Notes: generated from the sequence alone by a model not told the origin. Numbered from the stretch's first letter, positions 1 through 9,117 are shown. The stretch: 64,000 nt of DNA from Flavobacterium sp. (GCF_024710485.1 NZ_JANJUQ010000015.1:15614-79613); one strand, 5' to 3'. Numbers and translations are program-made.

Positions 1-660
1 AAAAGTTCCACCTTTTACGAAAATAAAAGAAAAATCGGGATACATACGGAATGGTTTGAGAATGGCAATTTAAAGCAAATAGGGAAATTTAACCCTGAAA
101 AATTCAACACCAATGAATATTACTTAGTTGAAACTATTTGGAACGAAAACGGAACCAAAATGGTTGAAAGCGGCAATGGCTTATTTGATGTTCAAAAGGA
201 TAAAATTCATACAAAAGGCGAATATAAAAACGGCGTCAAAAATGGTGTTTGGACCATTACAAGTATTGAAAAAACCTATGTTGATGAATATAAAGACGGT
301 AATTTTATCAGCGGTTATTATACTGACAAAAACGGGTTCATGAAGGAATATCAAGTTTTAGAGAAAAAACCTGAACCCAAAAAAGGCTTACAACATTTTT
401 ATAAGTTTATCTCCAGCAACTTTAAACCAACTCGTGAAGCCGTCAGAAACAAAGTAAAAGGAAAAATTGTTCTGTATTTTGTAGTGGATAAAGAAGGCAA
501 AATAAGTAATATTAAAATCGCAAGAGGATTGGGCCATGGTTTAGATGAAGAAGCCATCAATGTACTTGAAAAATACCCTGAATGGTTCCCGGGAGAACAA
601 AGAGGTATCCCTGTAAGATGTATGTATTCCTTACCAATCACACTTGATTTCAGTAAATAA
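1..660 (+). CDS. TonB C-terminal-domain protein with MORN/YwqK-like repeats (5' end cut by window edge)
   Basis: Frame 1 is open from nt 1 (KSSTFYENKRKIGIHTEWFENGNLKQIG...), so the ATG at 160 in the ORF track is internal. Repeated G-x-Y-K-N-G-x-K-x-G-x-W units are followed by KGKIVLYFVVDKEGKISNIKIARGLGHGLDEEAINVL...PGEQRGIPV, typical of the TonB_C fold. A hairpin terminator follows. Confidence 0.75.
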   Translation, partial: KSSTFYENKRKIGIHTEWFENGNLKQIGKFNPEKFNTNEYYLVETIWNENGTKMVESGNGLFDVQKDKIHTKGEYKNGVKNGVWTITSIEKTYVDEYKDGNFISGYYTDKNGFMKEYQVLEKKPEPKKGLQHFYKFISSNFKPTREAVRNKVKGKIVLYFVVDKEGKISNIKIARGLGHGLDEEAINVLEKYPEWFPGEQRGIPVRCMYSLPITLDFSK

Positions 661-694
661 AAAATCCGTTTCGAAATTCGAAACGGATTTTTTC
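661..694. terminator. bidirectional rho-independent terminator
   Basis: AAAATCCGTTTCGA (661-674) and TCGAAACGGATTTT (678-691) are perfect complements. They are flanked by an A-run and a T-run and sit between convergent stops at 660 and 711. Confidence 0.8.
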
Positions 695-710
695 TAACCA
701 AAACTAAAAC

Positions 711-1007
711 CTATAGTGCTAAAACACTATTTTCTGAACCGGCAAACTCGTTGTAGGCATAACGGTCAGCCTCAGGATCATTCACATAGGAACCATCCAC
801 TAAATATTTAAACTCAAAAGTGTTGTCTTTGGGCAAATCAAAAGTAGCTTTGAAAGTGCCGTTTTTCAATTTAGACAACTCTCCTTCAGCCGGGTTCCAA
901 TTGTTGAAATCACCTACTACGGCAGCCGAATTGGCTCCTTTCGCTTGGATTGAAAAAGTAACTTTTACAACCGGTTTCGTCTTAATAACTTGTTTTTTAA
1001 TAGCCAT
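711..1007 (-). CDS. small stand-alone CBM48-type (AMPK-beta / isoamylase-N) glycogen-binding domain protein
   Basis: 98-aa ORF. The pattern VVGDFNNWNP...G.F.A.F.LP....FEFKYLVDG.Y.NDP matches the early-set glycogen-binding fold. No catalytic domain is attached. Confidence 0.65.
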   Translation of the reverse strand: MAIKKQVIKTKPVVKVTFSIQAKGANSAAVVGDFNNWNPAEGELSKLKNGTFKATFDLPKDNTFEFKYLVDGSYVNDPEADRYAYNEFAGSENSVLAL

Positions 1008-1245
1008 AACTATTTCATTTATAGATTACTGTAGCAAAGTAAAGCGATTTTAGAGTAGCTTTTACAAGCCCTTTTATTTTTACGACATTACTAAAAAGAG
1101 CACCTGTTTAAAAGAAGATTTACAATTTCCATAGCCTTTAATTTTACATCTGCAGTTAAGAAATCGGTTTCGTAATACATTATCTTAAAAACAGATTTTA
1201 CTGTTTTGAAAATAAATTTTACCTTTAAACCATAAATTTCGTCTT

Positions 1246-1581
1246 ATGGAGCCTAACCAACACGAATTATACGAATATGCGCGTGATCGTATCAGACAAA
1301 AAAAACGATTATTCCAGCATTTTATAGTTTTTGTAATTGGCTGTGTGTTTTTGTTTGCGGCCAACCATTTGCTTTCCTATCACGATGAAACCAATTGGTG
1401 GATTTGGGTGGCTAGTTTGTGGTGCTGTTTGTTTGTTTTTCACGCCATCAAGGTTTTAATTACCGACAGTTTTATGAATAAAAACTGGGAGCGTGCCCAA
1501 ATAGACAAGCTCATGCTCAAGCAAACCAAGAAAATAGAACAACTCAAAAACGACCTCGAAAATTCCAAACTCAACCCCTAA
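1246..1581 (+). CDS. 2TM-domain small membrane protein
   Basis: 111 aa with two hydrophobic helices (FIVFVIGCVFLFAANHLL, WWIWVASLWCCLFVFHAI) and a charged C-terminal tail. Its stop overlaps the folA start (TAATG). Confidence 0.6.
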   Translation: MEPNQHELYEYARDRIRQKKRLFQHFIVFVIGCVFLFAANHLLSYHDETNWWIWVASLWCCLFVFHAIKVLITDSFMNKNWERAQIDKLMLKQTKKIEQLKNDLENSKLNP

Positions 1582-2063
1582 TGATTACAGTAATTGCGGC
1601 AGTGGCCGAAAACAATGCCTTGGGAAAAGAAAACCAACTGCTTTGGCATTTACCCGATGATTTTAAGAGATTCAAAGCCATCACTTCGGGACATTATATT
1701 ATAATGGGACGAAAAACCTTTGAGAGTTTCCCAAAACCATTGCCCAATCGAACGCACGTTATTATTTCCCGTCAGCCCAACTACCACCCGGAAGGCTGTA
1801 TTGTAGTAAACTCCTTGGGAAAAGCCATTGAAGCCTGCCCGAAAACAGAAGAAGTTTTTATCATTGGCGGTGGAGAAATATACCAACAATCTATTGAAGT
1901 AGCAGACAAGCTCGATCTGACTAAAGTCCACGCTTCTTTCGAAGGCGACACTTATTTCCCGGAAATCAATCTGACCCAATGGGAGTTGGTTTTTGAGGAA
2001 TTCCATCCGAAAGACGAACGTCATGACTATGCTTTTACCTTTCAAACGTATCTGAAAAAGTAA
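1581..2063 (+). CDS. folA: dihydrofolate reductase
   Basis: 160 aa. IAAVAENNALGKENQLLWHLPDDFKRFKAITSGHYIIMGRKTFESFPKPLPNRTHVIISR and FIIGGGEIY are the canonical DHFR signatures. Confidence 0.95.
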   Translation: MITVIAAVAENNALGKENQLLWHLPDDFKRFKAITSGHYIIMGRKTFESFPKPLPNRTHVIISRQPNYHPEGCIVVNSLGKAIEACPKTEEVFIIGGGEIYQQSIEVADKLDLTKVHASFEGDTYFPEINLTQWELVFEEFHPKDERHDYAFTFQTYLKK

Positions 2064-2180
2064 CCGGTCACAACCATTACTTTCGGCACTTCATTTTATT
2101 ACACTTTTTACAAAACTTTGAAACTAAGGAACTTTGCAACTCTGCACTATAATAGCGTATATTTGCAGAAAATTGCAACC

Positions 2181-2915
2181 ATGTCAAAGCAAATCAAACC
2201 CTACAAAGAATCTACTTTAGGCAAAAAAGAACAAGTAACCCAAATGTTCGATAATATTTCGGGCGAATACGACGGTTTGAACCGAGTAATTTCTTTGGGA
2301 ATCGATATGAAATGGCGTAAAAAAGTCATTGCATTGGTCAAAGCCCACAACCCTAAAATCGCTCTCGATATTGCCACCGGCACCGGAGATTTAGCTATCA
2401 TGATGGCGGAAGCCACCGCAGCTGAGAAAATTATCGGTTTAGACTTATCAGTAGGCATGTTGGAAGTTGGGAAGAAGAAAGTGCTTTCTAAAAATTTAGC
2501 CGACAAAATCGAAATGGTAGTGGGAGACAGTGAAAATATTCCTTATCCCGACAATCATTTCGACGCCATTACCGTTTCCTTTGGCATACGCAATTTTGAA
2601 ACTTTAGAGAAAGGTTTGGCAGAAATTTACCGCGTGTTAAAACCGGGCGGCCTTTTTGTGATTTTAGAAACTTCGGTACCGACAAAATTCCCTTTCAAAC
2701 AAGGATATGCGTTTCATACTAAAGTGATATTACCTTTAGTAGGGAAACTATTTTCTAAAGACAATAGCGCTTACGGATACCTTTCGGAATCGGCCAGCCA
2801 TTTCCCGTTTGGAGAAGCTTTAAACAATATTTTAAGAAAAGTTTCGTTTATAGACTGTAAAGCCATGCCACAAACTTTTGGCGTTGCTACTATTTATACT
2901 GCGACCAAAAAATAA
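2181..2915 (+). CDS. ubiE: demethylmenaquinone / ubiquinone-menaquinone C-methyltransferase
   Basis: MFDNISGEYDGLNRVISLGIDMKWRK plus the SAM motif LDIATGTGDL and LKPGG. I place the start at the internal ATG 2181 (MSKQIKPYKE) rather than the alternative-start codon at 2118 in the track. Confidence 0.9.
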   Translation: MSKQIKPYKESTLGKKEQVTQMFDNISGEYDGLNRVISLGIDMKWRKKVIALVKAHNPKIALDIATGTGDLAIMMAEATAAEKIIGLDLSVGMLEVGKKKVLSKNLADKIEMVVGDSENIPYPDNHFDAITVSFGIRNFETLEKGLAEIYRVLKPGGLFVILETSVPTKFPFKQGYAFHTKVILPLVGKLFSKDNSAYGYLSESASHFPFGEALNNILRKVSFIDCKAMPQTFGVATIYTATKK

Positions 2916-2936
2916 AATATGTACTTTAGCCAAAGC

Positions 2937-3638
2937 ATGAAGAAGTTAATTGCCCTGTTTTTACTAATCACCTCCGTTTCCCAAGCGCAATTTGGGAAAA
3001 GTACTTTTTCAAAAGATCCTATTATCAATTTGGAGAATTTTGATAAGCAACGCGTGTATTGGGGCTACTTTTTAGGTTTTAGTACTTTCGATTTTAAAAC
3101 TGATTACAAAGTGCCCGGACAAGATATCAATGTAAAAGGCAATACCGGTTTTAACGTAGGATTGGTAGGCGTTTTGCGACTTCATGAACACGTAGAATTG
3201 CGTTTCGAGCCCGGATTGTATTATGCCAGTCGAACCCTAACCTATCCGGGATTCACCAACGATCGAGACGCCATTCGAGAAGTAAAAGCTACTTATATTG
3301 ACTTTCCGTTACTGTTAAAATTCTCATCATTGCGCACCGGAAATGTAAGACCTTATTTATTAGGCGGTGTGGGAACCACTTTAAACTTATCGAGCAACTC
3401 TAAATCGAAAGATGACAACTCCGAGCAAAAATTCAGAGTCAAACCTTGGACCAACAATTATACGTTTGGATTTGGAATTGACTTGTATTTTGAATACTTC
3501 AAATTTTCTCCGTCGATTCGTGGTGTTTTCGGATTCGGCGACGAATTGATTCGCGATGACGACCCAAACAGTCCATGGACAGGCAACATCGAATCATTGA
3601 AAACCCGTGCGGTTTTGATTAACTTTACCTTCCACTAA
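2937..3638 (+). CDS. outer-membrane beta-barrel protein, PorT/SprT-like (tentative family call)
   Basis: Signal peptide MKKLIALFLLITSVSQAQ, alternating beta-strand pattern, terminal aromatic residues (LINFTFH), about 233 aa. The ubiE-porT gene order is something I recall from Flavobacteriia. Family membership was not verified. Confidence 0.55.
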   Translation: MKKLIALFLLITSVSQAQFGKSTFSKDPIINLENFDKQRVYWGYFLGFSTFDFKTDYKVPGQDINVKGNTGFNVGLVGVLRLHEHVELRFEPGLYYASRTLTYPGFTNDRDAIREVKATYIDFPLLLKFSSLRTGNVRPYLLGGVGTTLNLSSNSKSKDDNSEQKFRVKPWTNNYTFGFGIDLYFEYFKFSPSIRGVFGFGDELIRDDDPNSPWTGNIESLKTRAVLINFTFH

Positions 3639-4363
3639 GAATTTCTTCTGAACTCGCTTAAAAAGATAGCGGTAGCTGTAGCCACGTTCAAACTTTCAGT
3701 TTGTTGCAAGTTGCCGAATCTTGGTATGGCCACTCGGTTTTTTATCTTTTTCTCCAAAGCCGAAGAAATGCCGTTGGCTTCGTTACCGAAAACCAATATC
3801 CCTTCCGAAGGCAAATTTTCTTTGTAGATGTTTTTCCCGTCCATAAAAGTCCCGAAAACCGGCAAAGTCGTTTCCGAAATAAAAGCTTCCAAATCAACAT
3901 AATTCACTTGAACCCGACTAACAGAGCCCATAGTAGCCTGAATAACTTTAGGATTATAGAGGTCTACAGTTTCCTTAGAACACAATAATTGAGCAATACC
4001 GAACCAATCGCACAAACGAATGATAGTCCCCATATTTCCGGGATCTCTAATATCGTCCAGAGCTACAATCAAACCTTGAGACAAAATTGCTTTGGGTAGT
4101 GGAATATGAAAAACGGCTAAACAAGAACTCGGAGTACTTAGCGCAGAAATGCGTTTCATATCAACTTCTTTAATCAAAGTTTTTTTGGCGGTCGGTACAA
4201 TATCAAAAATACTTTCGGTCACAAATAAATGGTCGAGCACGATATTTGATTGCAACAATTCCTGTATTACTTTTACCCCTTCGGCTATAAACAACTGATG
4301 CTCGTTTCGGTATTTTTTTTGTTGTAAACCGGTAATTAATTTTATTTGGTTTTTACTAACCAT
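3635..4363 (-). CDS. TrmH/SpoU-family RNA 2'-O-methyltransferase
   Basis: 242 aa. The C-terminal SpoU motifs are present: DIRDPGNMGTIIRLCDWFG, LVFGNEANGIS, ESLNVATATAIFLSE. Its stop overlaps the convergent stop of the preceding gene by 4 nt. Confidence 0.85.
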   Translation of the reverse strand: MVSKNQIKLITGLQQKKYRNEHQLFIAEGVKVIQELLQSNIVLDHLFVTESIFDIVPTAKKTLIKEVDMKRISALSTPSSCLAVFHIPLPKAILSQGLIVALDDIRDPGNMGTIIRLCDWFGIAQLLCSKETVDLYNPKVIQATMGSVSRVQVNYVDLEAFISETTLPVFGTFMDGKNIYKENLPSEGILVFGNEANGISSALEKKIKNRVAIPRFGNLQQTESLNVATATAIFLSEFRRNS

Positions 4364-4399
4364 AAAATACTGTATTTTTGAATTAAATATTTACACCGC

Positions 4400-6946
4400 T
4401 TGAAAAAGAGTCTCGCAAAAATATCACTATTTATTCTAATTGGACTAATTATCTTTGGTTGCAACTCGACCAAAAGAGTTCCCGACGGCAAAAGCTTGCT
4501 CACCAAAAACAACATTTATATTGACGACAAGAAAGACAATGCTGAAGAAGTCTTCAATCAGTTGTACCAAAAACAAAACAGTGCTATTTTAGGTTTTCCG
4601 CTTCGTTTGAACATTTACAATTTAGCCCAACCCAAATCAGATTCGCTTTTCAAAGCCAAAATGATTCAAAATCCGAAACGCTATTACCGCAAAGCCAAAT
4701 GGCTATCGAAAAAACAAGTGAAGCGATTGGGAGAATCTTTCCTCTATTCAGGCGTAGATAATTTTTTAAGAAAAACAGGTGAAGCACCGGTAATATTGGA
4801 CACCAGCAGCACGAGAAGATCGTTGAAAAGATTGCGCTCTTATTTTTTCAATCGTGGGTATTTCGATGTTACTACGCAATACAAAATAGACAGCATCGAC
4901 AAGAAAAAAGTGAAGTTGCGCTACGACATCAAAACCGGCAAACCTTACATCATCGACAGCCTCAAAACCTTTATCTCCAGTCCGGCCCTCGATTCTATTT
5001 ACCAGTCCAGAAAACGCAATTCTTTACTCAAATCGAAACTGAAATTTGAAACGGCTGTTTTTGACGAAGAACGCAAAAGAATTACCGAAGATTTCCGAAA
5101 CAACGGTGCTTTCCGATTCCAACAAAACTATGTCACTTTTGATATCGATACTTTAAAAAAGACACACATTGCCAACGTTGATTTGGTGATTGAAAACGAA
5201 TCCATCCGCGTAGAAGACAGTTTAAAGACGCAGCCATTCGAGTTGTACAAAATCAGCAAGGTTAACATTTTTACCGATCACAGTCCGACCAACGTAAATG
5301 CGCCAATAAAAGATAGTTTAGTGTATAACGATTTTACACTGTATAGCACCAACAAACTAAAATACAGACCAAAAGCCATTACAGACGGTATTTTTGTCAC
5401 CAAAGGAAATTACTTCTCCGACTTCAGGTCGTCTATTACGTCGCGCTATTTGAGCAACCTAAAAGTATTTAACTATCCGCTGATTCAGTATGTAGAAGAC
5501 AAAACCCAAAAAAACAGTTTAATTGCCAATGTTTATCTGACGCCGAGAAAGAAATACACATTTGGTTTTTCGACCGATTTTACCCATTCGAACATTCAGG
5601 ATTTCGGTATTACAGGTAGTACTTTTTTAGGTATCCGAAATGTATTTAACGGTGCCGAAACTTTTGAAATTGGTTTCAGAGGCAATATTGGCTCCTCTAA
5701 AGATTTAGCCAATCCGAACAATACCTTCTTTAATATTTCGGAAATCGGGGTGGATGCCAAGCTGAATTTTCCGCGGATTTTCTTGCCGTTCAAAACTGAT
5801 AAAATTATTCCGAAAACCATGATTCCGTTCACTACATTGAGCGTGGGTTATGCCAAACAGACCAATATCGGACTCGACAAACAAAACTTTACCAGTTCGC
5901 TAACTTACAATTGGACCCCAAAAAGAAACACTAACTTTAAGCTGGACTTAGTCAATATTCAGTTTGTAAAAAACCTAAATCCGTCCAATTATTTCAACAT
6001 TTACCAATCGTCTTACAATACAGTTAATGAAATAGCGCAAAGTTATCCCGGTGTTGACCCGACATATTTCAACGAAAACGGCAATCTGATTATTGAAAAC
6101 GGTGTACTCAACTTTTTACAAGATGTTTCCAATGCTACTGTTCCGGTCAGTTTAAATGATGCCAAATCGATTTTAAGCATTGTGGAAAGAAGACAAAGAT
6201 TAATTGAAAACAACCTGATCTTCGCCTCCAATATTTCGTTCACTAAAACTTCGAAAAAAGATCTTTTAGACAATGAATTTTATGCCTTCAAAGCCAAAAT
6301 AGAATCGGCCGGAAACTTGTTGTCACTTTTAGCCAGAGCTTCCAAACAATTACAAAACCAAAACGGGGCCAATACTTTTCTGGATGTCGAATTTTCCCAA
6401 TACCTCAAAGGCGAATTTGAATACATCAAACACTGGGATTTGAGTCGCAAAAAAGTGTTCGCTACTAAAATCTTCGCCGGAATTGCAGTTCCTTACGGCA
6501 ACTCGGATGACGTGCCGTTCTCTCGAAGTTATTTTGCCGGAGGAACCAACGACAACAGAGCTTGGCAATCTTACAGTTTAGGACCGGGCGCCAGCGGTAG
6601 TTTCTTGGATTTTAACGAAGCTAATATGAAATTGGCTTTCAGTGCCGAATTCCGATTCAATATTTTCCAACAACTCAATGGTGCGCTTTTCACCGATATC
6701 GGAAACATTTGGAACGTATTAGACAATTCTAAAAACGAAGCAGCCATCTTTGAAGGCTTTAAATCACTTGAAAATATTGCCGTTGGCAGTGGTTTCGGCT
6801 TCCGCTACGATTTTAATTTCTTCATCGTCCGATTGGATTTAGGATTCAAAACCTATAATCCTTCCGAGTTTGTGAGAGACAAATGGTTGAAAGAAATGCG
6901 CTTCGACAAATCGGTTTTAAATATTGGAATAAATTACCCTTTCTAA
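4400..6946 (+). CDS. Omp85 (BamA/TamA) family outer-membrane protein with a lipoprotein signal peptide (TamL-like)
   Basis: 848 aa. TTG start followed by MKKSLAKISLFILIGLIIFGC (lipobox Cys). The C-terminal bacterial surface-antigen barrel has FAGGTNDNRAW, IGNIWN and a terminal NYPF. Confidence 0.75.
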   Translation: MKKSLAKISLFILIGLIIFGCNSTKRVPDGKSLLTKNNIYIDDKKDNAEEVFNQLYQKQNSAILGFPLRLNIYNLAQPKSDSLFKAKMIQNPKRYYRKAKWLSKKQVKRLGESFLYSGVDNFLRKTGEAPVILDTSSTRRSLKRLRSYFFNRGYFDVTTQYKIDSIDKKKVKLRYDIKTGKPYIIDSLKTFISSPALDSIYQSRKRNSLLKSKLKFETAVFDEERKRITEDFRNNGAFRFQQNYVTFDIDTLKKTHIANVDLVIENESIRVEDSLKTQPFELYKISKVNIFTDHSPTNVNAPIKDSLVYNDFTLYSTNKLKYRPKAITDGIFVTKGNYFSDFRSSITSRYLSNLKVFNYPLIQYVEDKTQKNSLIANVYLTPRKKYTFGFSTDFTHSNIQDFGITGSTFLGIRNVFNGAETFEIGFRGNIGSSKDLANPNNTFFNISEIGVDAKLNFPRIFLPFKTDKIIPKTMIPFTTLSVGYAKQTNIGLDKQNFTSSLTYNWTPKRNTNFKLDLVNIQFVKNLNPSNYFNIYQSSYNTVNEIAQSYPGVDPTYFNENGNLIIENGVLNFLQDVSNATVPVSLNDAKSILSIVERRQRLIENNLIFASNISFTKTSKKDLLDNEFYAFKAKIESAGNLLSLLARASKQLQNQNGANTFLDVEFSQYLKGEFEYIKHWDLSRKKVFATKIFAGIAVPYGNSDDVPFSRSYFAGGTNDNRAWQSYSLGPGASGSFLDFNEANMKLAFSAEFRFNIFQQLNGALFTDIGNIWNVLDNSKNEAAIFEGFKSLENIAVGSGFGFRYDFNFFIVRLDLGFKTYNPSEFVRDKWLKEMRFDKSVLNIGINYPF

Positions 6947-6996
6947 AATCAGAAATTATTATTTTTGTACCCTTAACTTAAAAACGACACAAAACA

Positions 6997-8064
6997 ATGG
7001 CTCACAATATCAAACCCGGAGTAGCTACCGGAGACGAAGTTCAAGCAATTTTCAACTACGCTAAAGAAAAAGGATTTGCTTTACCCGCTGTTAATGTTAT
7101 CGGTTCCAGCACCATTAATGGTGTTTTAGAAACGGCTGCTAAACTAAAAGCACCCGTTATCATTCAGTTTTCAAACGGAGGAGCGCAATTTAATGCCGGA
7201 AAAGGACTTTCAAATGAAGGAGAAAAAGCAGCCATTGCCGGAGCAGTTGCCGGAGCCAAACACATCCATACTTTAGCCGAAGCTTACGGTGCCACTGTAA
7301 TTTTACATACAGACCACTGCGCCAAAAAACTTTTGCCTTGGATTGACGGTTTGTTAGACGCTTCCGAAAAACACTTTGCCGAAACCGGAAAACCATTGTA
7401 CTCTTCTCACATGATTGACTTGTCGGAAGAACCATTACACGAAAACATAGAAATCTGTAAGGAATACTTGGCTCGTATGAGCAAAATGGGAATGACTTTG
7501 GAAATCGAATTAGGAATTACCGGCGGAGAAGAAGACGGTGTTGACAATTCCGATGTAGACAGCTCAAAATTATACACCCAACCGGAGGAAGTAGCTTACG
7601 CCTACGAAGAATTAATGAAAGTATCGCCTAAGTTTACCATTGCGGCTGCTTTCGGAAATGTTCACGGCGTGTACAAACCGGGCAATGTAAAATTGACTCC
7701 GAAAATCTTGAAAAACTCACAAGATTTCGTTCAAAATAAATTCAACACCGGACACAATCCTGTTGATTTTGTATTCCACGGCGGGTCAGGCTCGACTTTG
7801 GAAGAAATAAGAGAAGCAATTTCTTATGGAGTAATTAAAATGAATATCGATACCGATTTACAATTCGCTTTCACCGAAGGTATCAGAGATTACATGACTT
7901 CAAAAATTGATTATTTAAGAACCCAAATCGGAAGTCCTGAAGGTGCTGACTCTCCTAACAAAAAACATTACGATCCGAGAAAATGGATTCGTGAAGGAGA
8001 AGTGACTTTCAACAAACGATTAGAGCAAGCTTTTGCCGACTTAAATAACGTAAACACATTATAA
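6997..8064 (+). CDS. fbaA: class II fructose-1,6-bisphosphate aldolase
   Basis: 355 aa. Class II FBA signatures are ALPAVNV, ILHTDHCAK, AAAFGNVHGVYKPGNVKL, VFHGGSGS. Confidence 0.95.
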   Translation: MAHNIKPGVATGDEVQAIFNYAKEKGFALPAVNVIGSSTINGVLETAAKLKAPVIIQFSNGGAQFNAGKGLSNEGEKAAIAGAVAGAKHIHTLAEAYGATVILHTDHCAKKLLPWIDGLLDASEKHFAETGKPLYSSHMIDLSEEPLHENIEICKEYLARMSKMGMTLEIELGITGGEEDGVDNSDVDSSKLYTQPEEVAYAYEELMKVSPKFTIAAAFGNVHGVYKPGNVKLTPKILKNSQDFVQNKFNTGHNPVDFVFHGGSGSTLEEIREAISYGVIKMNIDTDLQFAFTEGIRDYMTSKIDYLRTQIGSPEGADSPNKKHYDPRKWIREGEVTFNKRLEQAFADLNNVNTL

Positions 8065-8100
8065 AGTACGGAGTACAATGTACAAAGTACGAAGTAGAAA
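8065..8100. repeat. tandem heptamer array (GTACnnA x4 plus GTAGAAA)
   Basis: GTAC occurs at 8066, 8073, 8080 and 8087, and GTAG at 8094. This is a strict 7-nt period starting 1 nt after the fbaA stop. Confidence 0.85.
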
Positions 8101-8143
8101 AAACAGAATAGTAATAATATAGTGTTGGAATAGAAGATTGATT

Positions 8144-8178
8144 ACTTCTAACTTCCAACTTCTAACTTCTAACTTAAT
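8144..8178. repeat. tandem heptamer array (ACTTCYA x4 plus ACTTAAT)
   Basis: ACTTCTA ACTTCCA ACTTCTA ACTTCTA ACTTAAT, ending 1 nt before the accD ATG. Its reverse complement (AGAAGTT units) resembles the upstream GAAGTAC array. Confidence 0.85.
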
Positions 8179-8179
8179 T

Positions 8180-9034
8180 ATGGCTTGGTTTAAAAGAACA
8201 GAAAAAGGGATTCAAACACCTACGGAAAATAAAAAAGACGTCCCTAAAGGACTTTGGTACAAATCACCTACCGGAAAAATTATCGATCAAGAGGAATTAG
8301 CCAAAAATTTATGGGTAAGTCCGGAAGATGATTTTCACGTGAGAATCGGCAGTAAAGAATACTTTGAAATTTTGTTTGACAACAACGAATTCAAAGAGTT
8401 GGATGCTAAAATGACTTCCAAAGATCCTTTGAACTTTGTAGATACTAAAAAGTATTCGGATCGTTTAAAAGACGCCATTGACAAAACCGGATTGAAAGAT
8501 GCGGTTCGCACCGGCGTTGGTAAATCCAAAGGAAAAGACTTGGTAGTTTGTTGTATGGATTTCGCCTTTATCGGTGGTTCTATGGGTGCAGTAGTGGGTG
8601 AAAAAATCGCTCGTGGTATAGACTATGCCATCAAACACAACACGCCGTTTGTCATGATTTCGAAATCGGGTGGTGCTCGTATGATGGAAGCTGCTTACTC
8701 GTTGATGCAGTTGGCCAAAACATCGGCTAAATTAGCTCAATTGGCTGAAGCTAAAATTCCGTACATCTCGTTATGTACCGATCCTACTACAGGAGGAACA
8801 ACAGCTTCATACGCTATGTTAGGCGACATCAATATTTCGGAGCCGGGTGCTTTGATTGGTTTTGCCGGACCGCGTGTAGTGCGCGATACTACCGGAAAAG
8901 ATTTACCGGAAGGTTTCCAAACCGCTGAATTCGTTTTAGAGCATGGCTTCTTGGATTTCATCGCTCACCGAAAAGAATTGAAAAACAAAATCAATTTGTA
9001 CATCGATTTGATTTTGAATCAAGATATCCGATAA
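8180..9034 (+). CDS. accD: acetyl-CoA carboxylase carboxyltransferase beta subunit
   Basis: [14 protein letters not shown]..., [33 protein letters not shown] use the start at 8180. The longer track ORF (from 8138) merely translates the heptamer repeat. Confidence 0.9.
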   Translation: MAWFKRTEKGIQTPTENKKDVPKGLWYKSPTGKIIDQEELAKNLWVSPEDDFHVRIGSKEYFEILFDNNEFKELDAKMTSKDPLNFVDTKKYSDRLKDAIDKTGLKDAVRTGVGKSKGKDLVVCCMDFAFIGGSMGAVVGEKIARGIDYAIKHNTPFVMISKSGGARMMEAAYSLMQLAKTSAKLAQLAEAKIPYISLCTDPTTGGTTASYAMLGDINISEPGALIGFAGPRVVRDTTGKDLPEGFQTAEFVLEHGFLDFIAHRKELKNKINLYIDLILNQDIR

Positions 9035-9055
9035 CAATCGGTTTACTCGAAAAGC

Positions 9056-9091
9056 AAAAGGCACAAAGTTTTACATTTTGTGCCTTTTTTT
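9056..9091. terminator. bidirectional rho-independent terminator
   Basis: AAAAGGCACAAA (9056-9067) pairs with TTTGTGCCTTTT (9077-9088) around a 9-nt loop, followed by a T-run. It lies between convergent accD and the ABC permease gene. Confidence 0.8.
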
Positions 9092-9117
9092 ATGGTATTA
9101 AACTTAAGCCAACTTGC

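Noticed and set aside
3635-3638. A 4-nt overlap of the convergent stop codons of the PorT-like gene and the TrmH-family gene, with no terminator between them.
   Set aside because: It is real but unremarkable. Convergent stop overlaps are common in compact genomes and imply nothing beyond possible transcriptional read-through.
8138-8179. Extended N-termini offered by the ORF track for accD ([12 protein letters not shown]), and similarly for ubiE (2118), purH (10490), surE (20749), the LacI regulator (60266), the GH13 enzyme (54295) and the coiled-coil ORF (17772).
   Set aside because: The extensions translate repeat arrays, promoter motifs or a terminator hairpin. They also precede internal ATGs that give canonical N-termini ([81 protein letters not shown]).
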